A stretch of 64,000 nt of DNA. It comes from Acidimicrobiales bacterium. Its GTDB lineage: Bacteria > Actinomycetota > Acidimicrobiia > Acidimicrobiales > RAAP-2. Positions within the stretch are counted from its first letter, which is position 1. Each line of letters starts with the position of its first letter. The stretch lies in assembly GCA_036268485.1 (NCBI GenBank), contig DATAUC010000062.1, positions 31,763-95,762 on the forward strand, written 5' to 3'. Below are positions 34,795 through 43,917 of the stretch, piece by piece. Made by a program: the position numbers and the translations under genes. The notes below the pieces were generated by a model. The model was not told the origin of the DNA. It saw only the letters and a list, made by a program, of their open reading frames with translations, and searched no databases.

Positions 34795-36009
34795 TTACGG
34801 GCGGTCGAAGCGAAGCGGCAGCTGAGCCGGTCCCCAAATGCCGAAGGTGGCCGGTTTCCAGGTCACCTCGCCCTGGCGGGAAAGCCCGGGCATGCGTTGG
34901 GCCAACAGCGGGAGCGCCTCTTGGAGCTCGGCCCGGGCCAGCGCGGCGCCCATACAGAAGTGGATGCCCGAGCCGAACGTCATCTGCGCCGGTCCCCGCT
35001 CCTTGGTGATGTCGAAGGTGTCGGGCTCGTCCCAGACCGCGGGGTCGCGGTTCGCCCCGGCCAACGACGTCGTCACGATGGAGCCCTGGGGGAAGAGCAC
35101 GTCGCGGTAGAGCACGTCCTCGGAGGCGAAGCGGGCGGTGGCCCGCACCGCACCGAGGAAGCGCATGGATTCCTCGACCGCCCGGGGGGCCAGTTCCGGT
35201 CGCTCGGCCAACAGGGACCATTGGTCGGGATGGTCGGCAAAGAGCGCCAGGCTGCACGCCAACTGGTTGCGGGTGGTGTCGGTGCCGGCCATCAGCACCG
35301 CCTCGGCCAGCATGGCCATCTCCTCGGTGGAGAGGCGGTCACCCTCTTCCTCGATGGCGATCAGGTCGCTCAGCAGGTCGTCACGCGGGTCGATTCGCCG
35401 CTCGGTGATCATGGCGCTGACGTAGGCCGTGAGTTCGGCGGCCGCCCGCTCAATGAACGGAAGATCTTCGATCAGGTTCCCGTTGAAAATGCGGAAGATA
35501 TCGGTGGCCCAGGCGGAGAACAGTTGCCAGTCTGCTGGTGGTGCACCCAGGAGCTCACAGATGATGGGGATGGGGTAGGGCTCGCACACGTCGGCCACGA
35601 ATTCGCACGAACCCTCGTCGGCTACCCGATCGATCAGCTCCCCCACCACCCGGCGCATGGTCGGCCGCAGTCGGTTGGCCGAGCCCGGCGTGAAGGCAGG
35701 CGCCACCAGGCGGCGTAGGCGGGCGTGGCCGTCGCCCTCCATCGAGAGGATGGATTGGCGGCGCACCGGAGCGTCCGTCGTGTCGGGCAGCCCGTTCATG
35801 CGAGGCAGGATGGACAGCGCCGAATGGAAGCGCTTGTCGCGCAGGACAGCCGTCACGTCCTCGATCCCCATCACGCAGTAGCCCATGTCCGTGCGGGCCA
35901 GCCAGTGGTGCGCCCGAGCGTCGTTGATAGCGCTGAGCGCATCGAGGCGGTCCAGGCCGAGCGTGTTGAGATACGGCAGCTCCAGCTCGCTCACCAACTG
36001 TGCGGTCAC
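34795..36009 (-). CDS. cytochrome P450
   Basis: The heme loop is FGSGIHFCMGAALAR, the I-helix is AGTDTT, and there is an EESMR (ExxR) motif. Confidence 0.9.
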   Translation of the reverse strand: MTAQLVSELELPYLNTLGLDRLDALSAINDARAHHWLARTDMGYCVMGIEDVTAVLRDKRFHSALSILPRMNGLPDTTDAPVRRQSILSMEGDGHARLRRLVAPAFTPGSANRLRPTMRRVVGELIDRVADEGSCEFVADVCEPYPIPIICELLGAPPADWQLFSAWATDIFRIFNGNLIEDLPFIERAAAELTAYVSAMITERRIDPRDDLLSDLIAIEEEGDRLSTEEMAMLAEAVLMAGTDTTRNQLACSLALFADHPDQWSLLAERPELAPRAVEESMRFLGAVRATARFASEDVLYRDVLFPQGSIVTTSLAGANRDPAVWDEPDTFDITKERGPAQMTFGSGIHFCMGAALARAELQEALPLLAQRMPGLSRQGEVTWKPATFGIWGPAQLPLRFDRP

Positions 36010-36037
36010 GGTTCCCCCATCCTCCCCGACGCTGCGG

Positions 36038-36862
36038 TTACTTGGTGATGCTTTTCAGGGCCGGGTGTTGCTTGGCCAGGATGGGCAGGATCCACGACTT
36101 GGGAATGAGATGTCCGAAGGCGGCACCGACCCGGTTGGCCGAACCCGGAATCACGACCGGCTTGCCGGCGGCCAATGCCTCGACGGCGGACTTGGCCACC
36201 TGGGCCGCCGGCACCCACATGAACTTCGGCAGCGAGTCGCTGGCTTCCTCGTCGGAAAGGCCCGACGCTTCGGCGAAGCCGGTCTCGACCGGACCGGGGC
36301 ACAGCGTGGTGACGGTGACACCGGTGCCCTTGAGCTCAGTGCCCAGCGCCCGACCGTAGGACAACACGAACGACTTGGAGGCGCCGTATACCGCCTGCCC
36401 GGGCAGCGGCTGAAAGGCCGCTGTTGACGCCGTGTTCAAGATGGCACCGCGGTGCCGGGTCACCATGCCGGCCACGAAGATCGTGCACAGATCGACAACG
36501 GCTTCGACGTTGGTGCGCACCATGTCGAGTTCGGCGTCCCGCTGCGCCAGATGCACGGGGCCCATGGTGGTGAAGCCGGCGTTGTTGACGAGAATGTCAA
36601 CGGTCAAGCCGCGTTCGGCAATCGCCTCGGGCAGGGCACGGCGCGAGTCGGCATCGGTGAGGTCGGCGGCCATCACTTCGGCCCGGATGTTGTACGTGGT
36701 CGAGAGTTCATCGGCCAGCTTCTTGAGCAACTCTTCGCGACGCGCCACCAGCGTCACCCCGAAGCCGCGCTTCGCCAACTCGCGGGCAATGTCGGAGCCG
36801 ATGCCCGAGGACGATCCGGTGACGAGCGCGGTGGTGTTCTCTTTGGGGGAGGGGAGTGCCAT
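36038..36862 (-). CDS. SDR-family oxidoreductase
   Basis: It has ALVTGSSSGIGSDIAREL (TGxxxGxG) and YGASK (YxxxK). The start ATG at 36862 lies within ORF 36038..36922. Confidence 0.8.
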   Translation of the reverse strand: MALPSPKENTTALVTGSSSGIGSDIARELAKRGFGVTLVARREELLKKLADELSTTYNIRAEVMAADLTDADSRRALPEAIAERGLTVDILVNNAGFTTMGPVHLAQRDAELDMVRTNVEAVVDLCTIFVAGMVTRHRGAILNTASTAAFQPLPGQAVYGASKSFVLSYGRALGTELKGTGVTVTTLCPGPVETGFAEASGLSDEEASDSLPKFMWVPAAQVAKSAVEALAAGKPVVIPGSANRVGAAFGHLIPKSWILPILAKQHPALKSITK

Positions 36863-37367
36863 GCGAAGACTGTAGAGGGAGGCCTCAAGAGTGGGCGAAG
36901 TCGAAAGCGGCCGGCGTGTCACGTTGGCGAGCGGTCAGATGAAGATTGTGTGTCGCGCGACCCTCTGACCTGGCCCTTTGTGAAAGGCCAGTTCGGACGG
37001 GGTTCACAAGGCGACCGATGGGGCAGATACTGGACTCAGTGCGGTCACGGAAGTGAAGCCGTGACCTTGAGTGGAAAGGAGCTGCCGATGACGTCGACAC
37101 GCTCGACCGAGGAGGGCGATCCGCCCGATTGAACGCCGATCACCGACTGAGTTCGGTGTTCGTACAGATCAGTGCCCAGAGGATCGAAGTCCGGCGTACG
37201 TATGTGGTCGCATTTGCGCCGGTGTGTGTGACGGCCTGCCTCCATGGTGGCCCCCGCACCGCGACGCCGCAGGCTCGATGCGAGTGCACTGATGTCGTGA
37301 ATACATTGCGAGTGAAGGGTCGACCGGAAGGTCGGCCCTTCTCGCGTGAACGTGGAAGTGTTGAGGC

Positions 37368-37985
37368 GTGATACGGCTCGCCATGTTTCCGCTCTCAACC
37401 GTTCTCTACCCGCACGCGCAGATCCCGCTCCACATCTTCGAGCCGCGGTACCGGGCCATGGTGGAGGAGTGTCTGGCCGGCGACGCCCGCTTCGGCGTCG
37501 TCCTGATTGCCCGGGGTTCAGAGGTGGGTGGCGGCGATCAACGGATGATGGTCGGCACGCGGGCCGTGATCACCAAAGCGGCTTCGCTGCCCGACGGCCG
37601 TTGGGTGTTGGTGGCCCAAGGCGATGCGCGCATCCGGGTCACCGAGTGGCTGCCCGATGATCCCTACCCGGTGGCCCATATTGAGGAGTGGGCGCCCGAG
37701 GTGGAGGCGGTAGAGGCTGCACTGGTGGCGCAGGCCCTCCACTGTGTCCGCCGTACCCGGGGCTTGCTGGCCGAGCATGGGTCAGCCGCCGCCCTCTCGG
37801 CCGACGTGGTGTTCTCCGAGGATTGCGATGTGGCCTCGTGGCAACTCTGCGGCGAGATGCCACTGTCCATGATGGACGCCCAGGGTCTGCTGAGTGCCGC
37901 GGGAACGCGTCAGCGCTTGGAACTCCTGATTGAGTTCACCGAAGCGATCGAGGACGACCTGCGGCGGCTCATGGCCGCCGATTGA
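37368..37985 (+). CDS. LON N-terminal substrate-binding domain protein
   Basis: The N-terminus is LAMFPLSTVLYPHAQIPLHIFEPRYRAMV. The length is 205 aa. Confidence 0.7.
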   Translation: MIRLAMFPLSTVLYPHAQIPLHIFEPRYRAMVEECLAGDARFGVVLIARGSEVGGGDQRMMVGTRAVITKAASLPDGRWVLVAQGDARIRVTEWLPDDPYPVAHIEEWAPEVEAVEAALVAQALHCVRRTRGLLAEHGSAAALSADVVFSEDCDVASWQLCGEMPLSMMDAQGLLSAAGTRQRLELLIEFTEAIEDDLRRLMAAD

Positions 37986-37991
37986 TGGTCC

Positions 37992-38891
37992 TCAGGCCGT
38001 GAGGCCGGGGAGGACCGCACTGAGGAAACGATCCGGTGCCTCGACCATCGGGTAGTGACCCACGTTGTCCAGTCGTACGGCGGTGGCGTCGGGGCGGGCG
38101 GCCACCAGCGTGTCCACCATGGAGGGGATGGCGATGGGATCGTCGAGGCCCCAGACGATGTGCAGCGGTGAAGGGTCGCTCTCGATGGCGCCGGTGAAGC
38201 GACGCTCATTGGCTCGCCGCTCCTCGATGTAGCGAATGAGTCGGGGCAGGACGAGATGGCCGTCGTTGCGCACGATCTGCTCCACCGTGGCGGTGAGCGG
38301 ATTCTCGGGCGAGCCGTCTGCCGGGAACACAGTGGCCGGGCTGAACGTCTCACGCAACGATCGCGTCAGCCCTTCCGCATTGATTGGGAGGTCGGCTGAT
38401 GCCTTCTCGTCGGGCAGGCTCAGCAGGAGCAGCTGCCCGTTGGTCAGTTGGGCCTGATCGATGTAGATGCTGCCGTTGGTGACGACCCGTCGGGTGACCT
38501 CGACCGGCCACGCCCCCTCCTGGCGCCGGGCCAAAAGCTCGCCCCCGACCGTGTCGCCCATATCGTGAGTGAGCAGCGCCAGACGGGTGAGCCCGAGTTC
38601 GGCCACGAAGGCCATGGCGATGTCGGCCTGCAGAGCCATGGTGTAGCTGATGTCCGGTTTGGCCGAGAGCCCGTAGCCCAGACCGTCGAGCAGAACGATG
38701 CGCCGGCCGGCCCGCAAACCGTCCAGGACGGCGGCGTAGTCGATGGACGAGGTGGGGAAGCCGTGCAGGATGAGCAGCGGCTCGTGTTGCTCGGGTCCCA
38801 CCGAGGGCGCATCGATGGTGAAGACCCGGTGGCCGCACAGATCCCGGTAGGTGCCGCTGGCTTCCCACTCCGTGGTGGTCACGCTGGTCAT
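37992..38891 (-). CDS. alpha/beta hydrolase (epoxide hydrolase/dehalogenase-like, Asp nucleophile)
   Basis: Motifs seen: LILHGFPTSS, LLTHDMGD at the nucleophile elbow, and GHYPMVEAP. Confidence 0.7.
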   Translation of the reverse strand: MTSVTTTEWEASGTYRDLCGHRVFTIDAPSVGPEQHEPLLILHGFPTSSIDYAAVLDGLRAGRRIVLLDGLGYGLSAKPDISYTMALQADIAMAFVAELGLTRLALLTHDMGDTVGGELLARRQEGAWPVEVTRRVVTNGSIYIDQAQLTNGQLLLLSLPDEKASADLPINAEGLTRSLRETFSPATVFPADGSPENPLTATVEQIVRNDGHLVLPRLIRYIEERRANERRFTGAIESDPSPLHIVWGLDDPIAIPSMVDTLVAARPDATAVRLDNVGHYPMVEAPDRFLSAVLPGLTA

Positions 38892-39835
38892 GTGCCGGCC
38901 AACTTAGCGACCAGGGGCCCCAGTGTCTCCCAGGCGTCCGATTCGATCGACCAGTAGGAGATGCCGTACTCGGCCCGTCGCCATTCCAGCTCCTCGGCCA
39001 TCTCGGCCAGCGTGCCCATCAGGACCACCGGGATGTGGAGGGCATCGTCAACGCTGATGTTGAAGTGGGGAGCCATGGCCTCGGCCATGGCGGGGGCGTC
39101 GTCGGTGATCATCACGAAGCCGATCAAGGCGTTCAACTCCAGATCGTCGAAGCGTGAACCGGCGGCCTCTTTGACCCAGGCCACCTTTTCACGGGTCCGC
39201 TCCGGTGTGGCGTTCGGTGCCGTCTCGGGGCCTCCCGTCCCCTCCCGCAGGTTCACGTTGATGCTGACGATGTCCGCATGCTGGGCCGCAAAAGAGAGCA
39301 CCCGCTTGCCGCCGCCACCGATGATGAGGGGCGGACCGGGCTGCTGCACGGGGCGGGGCCGGAGGGTGTGCTCGTGCACCTGGTAGTACGTGCCGTCGAA
39401 GCTGAACGGGCCGTCGGTGCGCAGCAGTCCCTGCATGACCTGCACTGCTTCCTCGAAACGCTCGACCCGGACCTTCGGCGTGTCGTAGATGAGGCCGGCT
39501 TCCTCGTAGTCGGTCTTCATCCAGCCGGCGCCGAGACTGAGTTCGAACCGGCCATCGCTCAAGAGGTCGAGCGTGGCCGCTTCCTTGGCCAGTACGAAGG
39601 GATGCCGGTAGTCGTTGCCGAAGACCAGAGAGCCCAGCCGCAACGTGCTGGTGGCCGCGGCCACGGCGGCCAGGGCCGGTACCGGCGCCAATTGGTCACC
39701 GAAGTGATCGGGCATGAGAAGCGAGGAGTAGCCCAGGTCTTCGGCGCGCCGTGCTTGGTCGGCCCATGACTGTGCCGTGCCTTCGGGGCTCTTGCTGAGT
39801 TGCGCGGCGAAGCGGAACCTGCGGTCGTGTGCCAT
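38888..39835 (-). CDS. LLM-class (luciferase-like) F420-dependent oxidoreductase
   Basis: It contains FRFAAQLS...DLGYSSLLMPDHF...ELSLGAGW. The length is 315 aa. Confidence 0.7.
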   Translation of the reverse strand: MAHDRRFRFAAQLSKSPEGTAQSWADQARRAEDLGYSSLLMPDHFGDQLAPVPALAAVAAATSTLRLGSLVFGNDYRHPFVLAKEAATLDLLSDGRFELSLGAGWMKTDYEEAGLIYDTPKVRVERFEEAVQVMQGLLRTDGPFSFDGTYYQVHEHTLRPRPVQQPGPPLIIGGGGKRVLSFAAQHADIVSINVNLREGTGGPETAPNATPERTREKVAWVKEAAGSRFDDLELNALIGFVMITDDAPAMAEAMAPHFNISVDDALHIPVVLMGTLAEMAEELEWRRAEYGISYWSIESDAWETLGPLVAKLAGT

Positions 39836-39870
39836 CGCCCTATCGTGCCCCAGCCGGGCGGTGTTGTCGA

Positions 39871-40032
39871 TCAGTCGCAGCAGGAGTCACGCCATCCGCA
39901 TGAACGGCAGCGGAAATGGGCGTGCTCGGGGAACAGCTGACCAGCGCAGTGCGGGCATTCGGCAAAGGTACCCAGGGGCGAACGCTCGCACGTCGTGGTG
40001 TCCTCGGTGGTGGTGACGCCGTGTTCGGGCAT
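39871..40032 (-). CDS. small Cys-rich zinc-ribbon-like protein (53 aa), not in the ORF track
   Basis: My translation gives MPEHGVTTTEDTTTCERSPLGTFAECPHCAGQLFPEHAHFRCRSCGWRDSCCD. It has CPHC and CRSC pairs and fills a 245-nt gap between genes. Confidence 0.35.
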   Translation of the reverse strand: MPEHGVTTTEDTTTCERSPLGTFAECPHCAGQLFPEHAHFRCRSCGWRDSCCD

Positions 40033-40080
40033 CGGGTGAACCTAGCCCGACCGGAGGCCGGATTCGCGAATGCCGGGGCG

Positions 40081-40989
40081 TTAGAAGAAGCTGAACTTCG
40101 GCACGCCCGAGTCGATTCCCTTGAAGAGGTCGCCCTTGGCGGCGATGAGCTCTTCGGGCGTCCAGGCCGAGTCACGGGTGACCTGGCCGACCGGCTGGAA
40201 CGCGCTCATGGCGTAGATGTTGCCGCCGAAGACCACGAAGATCTGGCCGTTGATGTCGGCCGACTCGGGGGCGGCCAGGAACGTCACCAGGTTGGCGATG
40301 TTCTTGGGGTCCCAGGCATCGAAGCCACCGTCGTCGTCCTTCTTGGCCATCTCGCCGAAGAGGTTCTCGGTCATGCGGGTACGGGCGCGGGGGGCGATGG
40401 CATTCGAGGTGACGCCGTAGCGGCCGAGCTCACGGGCCAGGATCCAGGTCAGGGCGGCGATGCCGGCCTTGGCGGCGCCGTAGTTGGCCTGGCCGGCGTT
40501 GCCGTAGAGGCCCGCTTCCGATGACGTGTTGATGATGCGGCCGGTGACGTCTTCGCCTGACTTGGCCTTGTTGCGCCAGTACACGGCGGCGAAGTGGGTG
40601 GGGGCGAAGTGGCCCTTGAGGTGGACGCGGATGACGTCGTCCCAGTCGGACTCATCCATGTTGAAGGACATCTTGTCGCGCAGGATGCCGGCGTTGTTGA
40701 CCAGGATGTCGAGCCCACCAAAGGTATCGACGGCCTGGTCGACCACGTTCTTGCCGCCGTCCCACGAGCTGATGTCATCGCCATTGACGGCGGCCTCGCC
40801 GCCGTTGGCCTTAATGGCGTCCACCGTGTCCTGGGCCGGGTGCTCGCCGGCCGCCGTGTCGGTCAGGGGACCGGCGTAGTCGTTGACGATGACCTTGGCG
40901 CCCTCACCGGCCAGCGAGAGTGCTTCCTCGCGGCCGATGCCCCGGCCCGCTCCGGTGACGATGGCAACCTTGCCGTCGAGCAGTCCCAT
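40081..40989 (-). CDS. SDR-family oxidoreductase
   Basis: It has VAIVTGAGRGIGRE (TGxxxGxG) and YGAAK (YxxxK). The length is 302 aa. Confidence 0.8.
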   Translation of the reverse strand: MGLLDGKVAIVTGAGRGIGREEALSLAGEGAKVIVNDYAGPLTDTAAGEHPAQDTVDAIKANGGEAAVNGDDISSWDGGKNVVDQAVDTFGGLDILVNNAGILRDKMSFNMDESDWDDVIRVHLKGHFAPTHFAAVYWRNKAKSGEDVTGRIINTSSEAGLYGNAGQANYGAAKAGIAALTWILARELGRYGVTSNAIAPRARTRMTENLFGEMAKKDDDGGFDAWDPKNIANLVTFLAAPESADINGQIFVVFGGNIYAMSAFQPVGQVTRDSAWTPEELIAAKGDLFKGIDSGVPKFSFF

Positions 40990-41101
40990 TGGTTTCCTCC
41001 CTTATGAACGTGTCGCGGCCGAAAGGCGGCGAAGCCGGCGCGGCGAACCCGTCGCGCGGCGCGTGCAGCATGGCCGAAAGGGCGGCCCCGGGGCAAAACC
41101 G

Positions 41102-42124
41102 TCAGAGGCCAAACCGCTCGATGGCCGACGTGGTGGCTTCACCGATGCAGGCGATGGTGTCGTTCCGGGCCCGGGCGGCCCCGAAACGATCGATCAGGCT
41201 CACGATCTCCATCCCGGGCGGTGGCTGGCGCAGGAGGTGGTCGTCGGCCCCACCGACCAGGCAGAGCACCGGGCAACGGCCTCCGACCATGTCCAGCAGG
41301 GCGCCGGGCACCTTGCCGTCGAAGGAAGGCGGATCCAAGTGGCCCTCGCCGGTGACGACCAGGTCGGCCCGGGTCACCTGTGTCTCCAGACCGTTGAGCT
41401 CGGCCACCAGCCCGAAGCCGGGGACGATGCGGGCGCCCAGCACGGTGAGCCCGCCGGCCAGGCCGCCGCCGGCGCCCGCCCCGGCCACGCCGTGGACGGT
41501 GACGCCGAAGACCCGCTGGTAGTGGTCGGCCAGGTCCCGCAGGCGGGTTGAGAGCTTGTGCACCTGGGCCGGCGTGGCCCCCTTCTGCGGCCCGAAGACG
41601 CGGGCGGCCTCGGCGAATTGGGTGGTGACGTCGCAGGCCACCACCAGTTCGATGTCGGCCCAGGTCTCGGCTGCGCCGGCGACGGACAGGGCACCCCAGC
41701 CTCCATCGGTGGTGGCTGAACCGCCGCAGCCGATGACGATCCGTTGGGCGCCAGCCTCCCGGGCTGCCAGCAACAGCTGACCCACGCCGACGGTGTTGGC
41801 CCGGAGGGGATCGTCGTCGGCCGGGTGGGGGAGGAGCGCCCGGCCGGCCGCCGTCGCCATCTCGATGACGGCGGTCTGGGGCTGGTCCGCGGTGGCGGAC
41901 AGCAGGCGCCACCGGGCCTCCACCGGCGCACCCAGTGGACCGGACACAGCGGTCGATCGATCTTCGCCGGCCACCACATCGAGCAGGCCTTCGCCGCCGT
42001 CGGACATGGGGATGGCGGTGCCGGACCATCCGAGTCGCCCTGCTGCCTGCACCATGGCCGCTGCCGCTTCGTGCGCCGAGGCGGTGCCGCGGAACTTGTC
42101 GGGCGCCGCGACCAGGTGGGGCAT
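41102..42124 (-). CDS. glxK: glycerate kinase
   Basis: Motifs seen: APDKFRGTASA, IPMSDGGEGLLD, GCGGSATTDGG, FGPQKGA and VTGEGHLD. The start ATG at 42124 lies within ORF 41102..42448. Confidence 0.8.
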   Translation of the reverse strand: MPHLVAAPDKFRGTASAHEAAAAMVQAAGRLGWSGTAIPMSDGGEGLLDVVAGEDRSTAVSGPLGAPVEARWRLLSATADQPQTAVIEMATAAGRALLPHPADDDPLRANTVGVGQLLLAAREAGAQRIVIGCGGSATTDGGWGALSVAGAAETWADIELVVACDVTTQFAEAARVFGPQKGATPAQVHKLSTRLRDLADHYQRVFGVTVHGVAGAGAGGGLAGGLTVLGARIVPGFGLVAELNGLETQVTRADLVVTGEGHLDPPSFDGKVPGALLDMVGGRCPVLCLVGGADDHLLRQPPPGMEIVSLIDRFGAARARNDTIACIGEATTSAIERFGL

Positions 42125-42166
42125 GGAGGTCGAAGCTACCGCTTCGCTCCAAGTACCTTCTTGCCC

Positions 42167-43102
42167 ATGGCAACGGTGAAGGGCGCATGGCGCCGCCTGC
42201 GGCGCGCCCCGATCATCGCCCCCGGCGGCCGAGGCTGGCGCGGCCTCTCCGGCATGCCGGCTCAGCAGGTGCTCGATGTCGTCTACGAACTCATCCTCGG
42301 CCGCGAGCCCGACGCCGCCGGCACCAGCAGCTACCTGGACGGCCTGCAGAGCGGTGCCCTCACGCCCCACGCCCTGGCCCAATCCACGGTGGCCTCGGGC
42401 GAGTGGTGGTCGGCCACCCCGTTTCCCTGGCTCTCCACCTCGCTGCACCTGAGTCGCATGATGTTCATCCGCACGCTGCCGGCCGGTCGGCGCATTCTCG
42501 ACCTGGGGGGCACCTCATTGGGCAACGCAGCCGGCGCGCTGGTGCTCATGGGATACCCGTACGAGTTCGACGACCTGGTGGTCATCGACCTGCCTTCGGA
42601 GGAGCGCAACGAGCTCTACCAGGAGGACTCGGCCAACCAGGTGAGCCAGCAGAAGCTCGGTCCGGTGCGGTACCGCTACCACTCCATGGCCGATCTGTCG
42701 GACTACGAGGACAACTCGGTGGATCTGGTCTACAGCGGCCAGAGCATTGAGCACGTCCCCCTCGACGTGGCCGACACCGTCCTGGCCGAGGTGCGCCGGG
42801 TCCTCAAGCCGGGCGGCTACCTGGGGCTCGACACACCCAATGCCCGGGTGACCCGATTGCAGCAGGACGAGTTCATCGATCCCGACCATGAGCACGAGTA
42901 CACCGATGCCGAGCTGCGGGCCAAGCTGGAGGCAGCTGGTTTCGAGATCACCGACGCCAAGGGGCTGAACTACGCCGGACCGAGCCTGGCGGCCGGCCGT
43001 TTCGATACCGAGGCCGTGGCCACGGCCCGCGGCCTCTTCAACGAGATAGAGGACTGCTATCTCCTGGCCTACATCTGCCGGGTGCCGCCTTCAGCGACCT
43101 AG
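42167..43102 (+). CDS. class I SAM-dependent methyltransferase with an N-terminal DUF4214-like segment
   Basis: The ATG is at 42167 (MATVKG). VYELILGREPDAAGTSSYLDGLQSGAL is DUF4214-like, and ILDLGG...LKPGGYLGLDTPN is the MTase fold. Confidence 0.65.
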   Translation: MATVKGAWRRLRRAPIIAPGGRGWRGLSGMPAQQVLDVVYELILGREPDAAGTSSYLDGLQSGALTPHALAQSTVASGEWWSATPFPWLSTSLHLSRMMFIRTLPAGRRILDLGGTSLGNAAGALVLMGYPYEFDDLVVIDLPSEERNELYQEDSANQVSQQKLGPVRYRYHSMADLSDYEDNSVDLVYSGQSIEHVPLDVADTVLAEVRRVLKPGGYLGLDTPNARVTRLQQDEFIDPDHEHEYTDAELRAKLEAAGFEITDAKGLNYAGPSLAAGRFDTEAVATARGLFNEIEDCYLLAYICRVPPSAT

Positions 43103-43137
43103 GGGCGAAGTATTCCCCCAGGTCAGAAGGAACTCCA

Positions 43138-43223
43138 TGGTGCGGGCGAGAGGACTCGAACCTCCACCCCCAGTGGGGACCGGGACCTAAACCCGGCGCG
43201 TCTGCCAATTCCGCCACACCCGC
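43138..43223 (-). tRNA. tRNA-Leu (anticodon TAG), CCA encoded
   Basis: The reverse strand reads GCGGGTGTGGCGGAATTGGCAGACGCGCCGGGTTTAGGTCCCGGTCCCCACTGGGGGTGGAGGTTCGAGTCCTCTCGCCCGCACCA. It has a 7-bp acceptor stem, the anticodon loop TTTAGGT, a long variable arm and a GGTTCGAGTCC T-loop. Confidence 0.9.
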
Positions 43224-43303
43224 AACGGGCCCGCAGTGCGGGTGCTGAGCCAGTGTACGGCCAAGCGCCCGCGTGTGCCTGACCTGGCAAGTAGCCTCGT
43301 GCC

Positions 43304-43915
43304 ATGCAACCAGTATCTGATCTCGCCCCAATTGTGGCTGCCAGCGGGGGTATTGAGCCCATTTCCGACATCAGCCAGCGCCTGCTCAAGGAGCGCATCG
43401 TCTTCATCGGCAGCGCCATCGATCAGGTGACAGCCAACCTCGTCTGTGCCCAGCTCATCCTGCTGGAGGCCGACGATCCCGACAAGGACATCTCGCTGTA
43501 CATCAACTCGCCCGGCGGGTCGGTCACCGACGGTCTGGCCATTTACGACACGATGCAATTCGTCCGCCCCGACGTGTCGACCATCTGCGTCGGCCTGGCC
43601 GCCAGCATGGGCCAGTTCCTGCTGTGCGCCGGTGCTCCGGGCAAGCGGTTCGCCCTGCCACACTCGCGCATCCTGATGCACCAGCCTTCGGGCGGCATGC
43701 AAGGGCAGGCCTCGGACATCGCCATTCAGGCCGAGCAGATCATGTATCTGAAGAAGATGATGGCCGAGCGGATCGCCTTCCACACCGGCCAACCGCTGGA
43801 GCGCATTGAGACCGACTCCGACCGCGACCGCTGGTTCACGGCGGACGAAGCCCGCGACTACGGCTTTATCGACCAGGTCATTGACCGCTCGGTGGCCGCG
43901 GCAGGGAGCGTCTAA
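43304..43915 (+). CDS. clpP: ATP-dependent Clp protease proteolytic subunit
   Basis: Motifs seen: [26 protein letters not shown] (Ser), HSRILMHQP (His) and DSDRDRWF (Asp). Confidence 0.9.
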   Translation: MQPVSDLAPIVAASGGIEPISDISQRLLKERIVFIGSAIDQVTANLVCAQLILLEADDPDKDISLYINSPGGSVTDGLAIYDTMQFVRPDVSTICVGLAASMGQFLLCAGAPGKRFALPHSRILMHQPSGGMQGQASDIAIQAEQIMYLKKMMAERIAFHTGQPLERIETDSDRDRWFTADEARDYGFIDQVIDRSVAAAGSV

Positions 43916-43917
43916 GC

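Noticed and set aside
39840-40175. A 111-aa minus-strand ORF in the gap before the SDR gene.
   Set aside because: It is an S/P/R/A-rich translation that overlaps the 3' end of the SDR CDS. The alternative 53-aa Cys-rich frame is more protein-like.
41139-42188. ORFs of 349 aa and 201 aa in alternative frames of the glycerate kinase gene.
   Set aside because: Both translations are extremely R/P/G-rich. The glycerate kinase frame carries all the family motifs.
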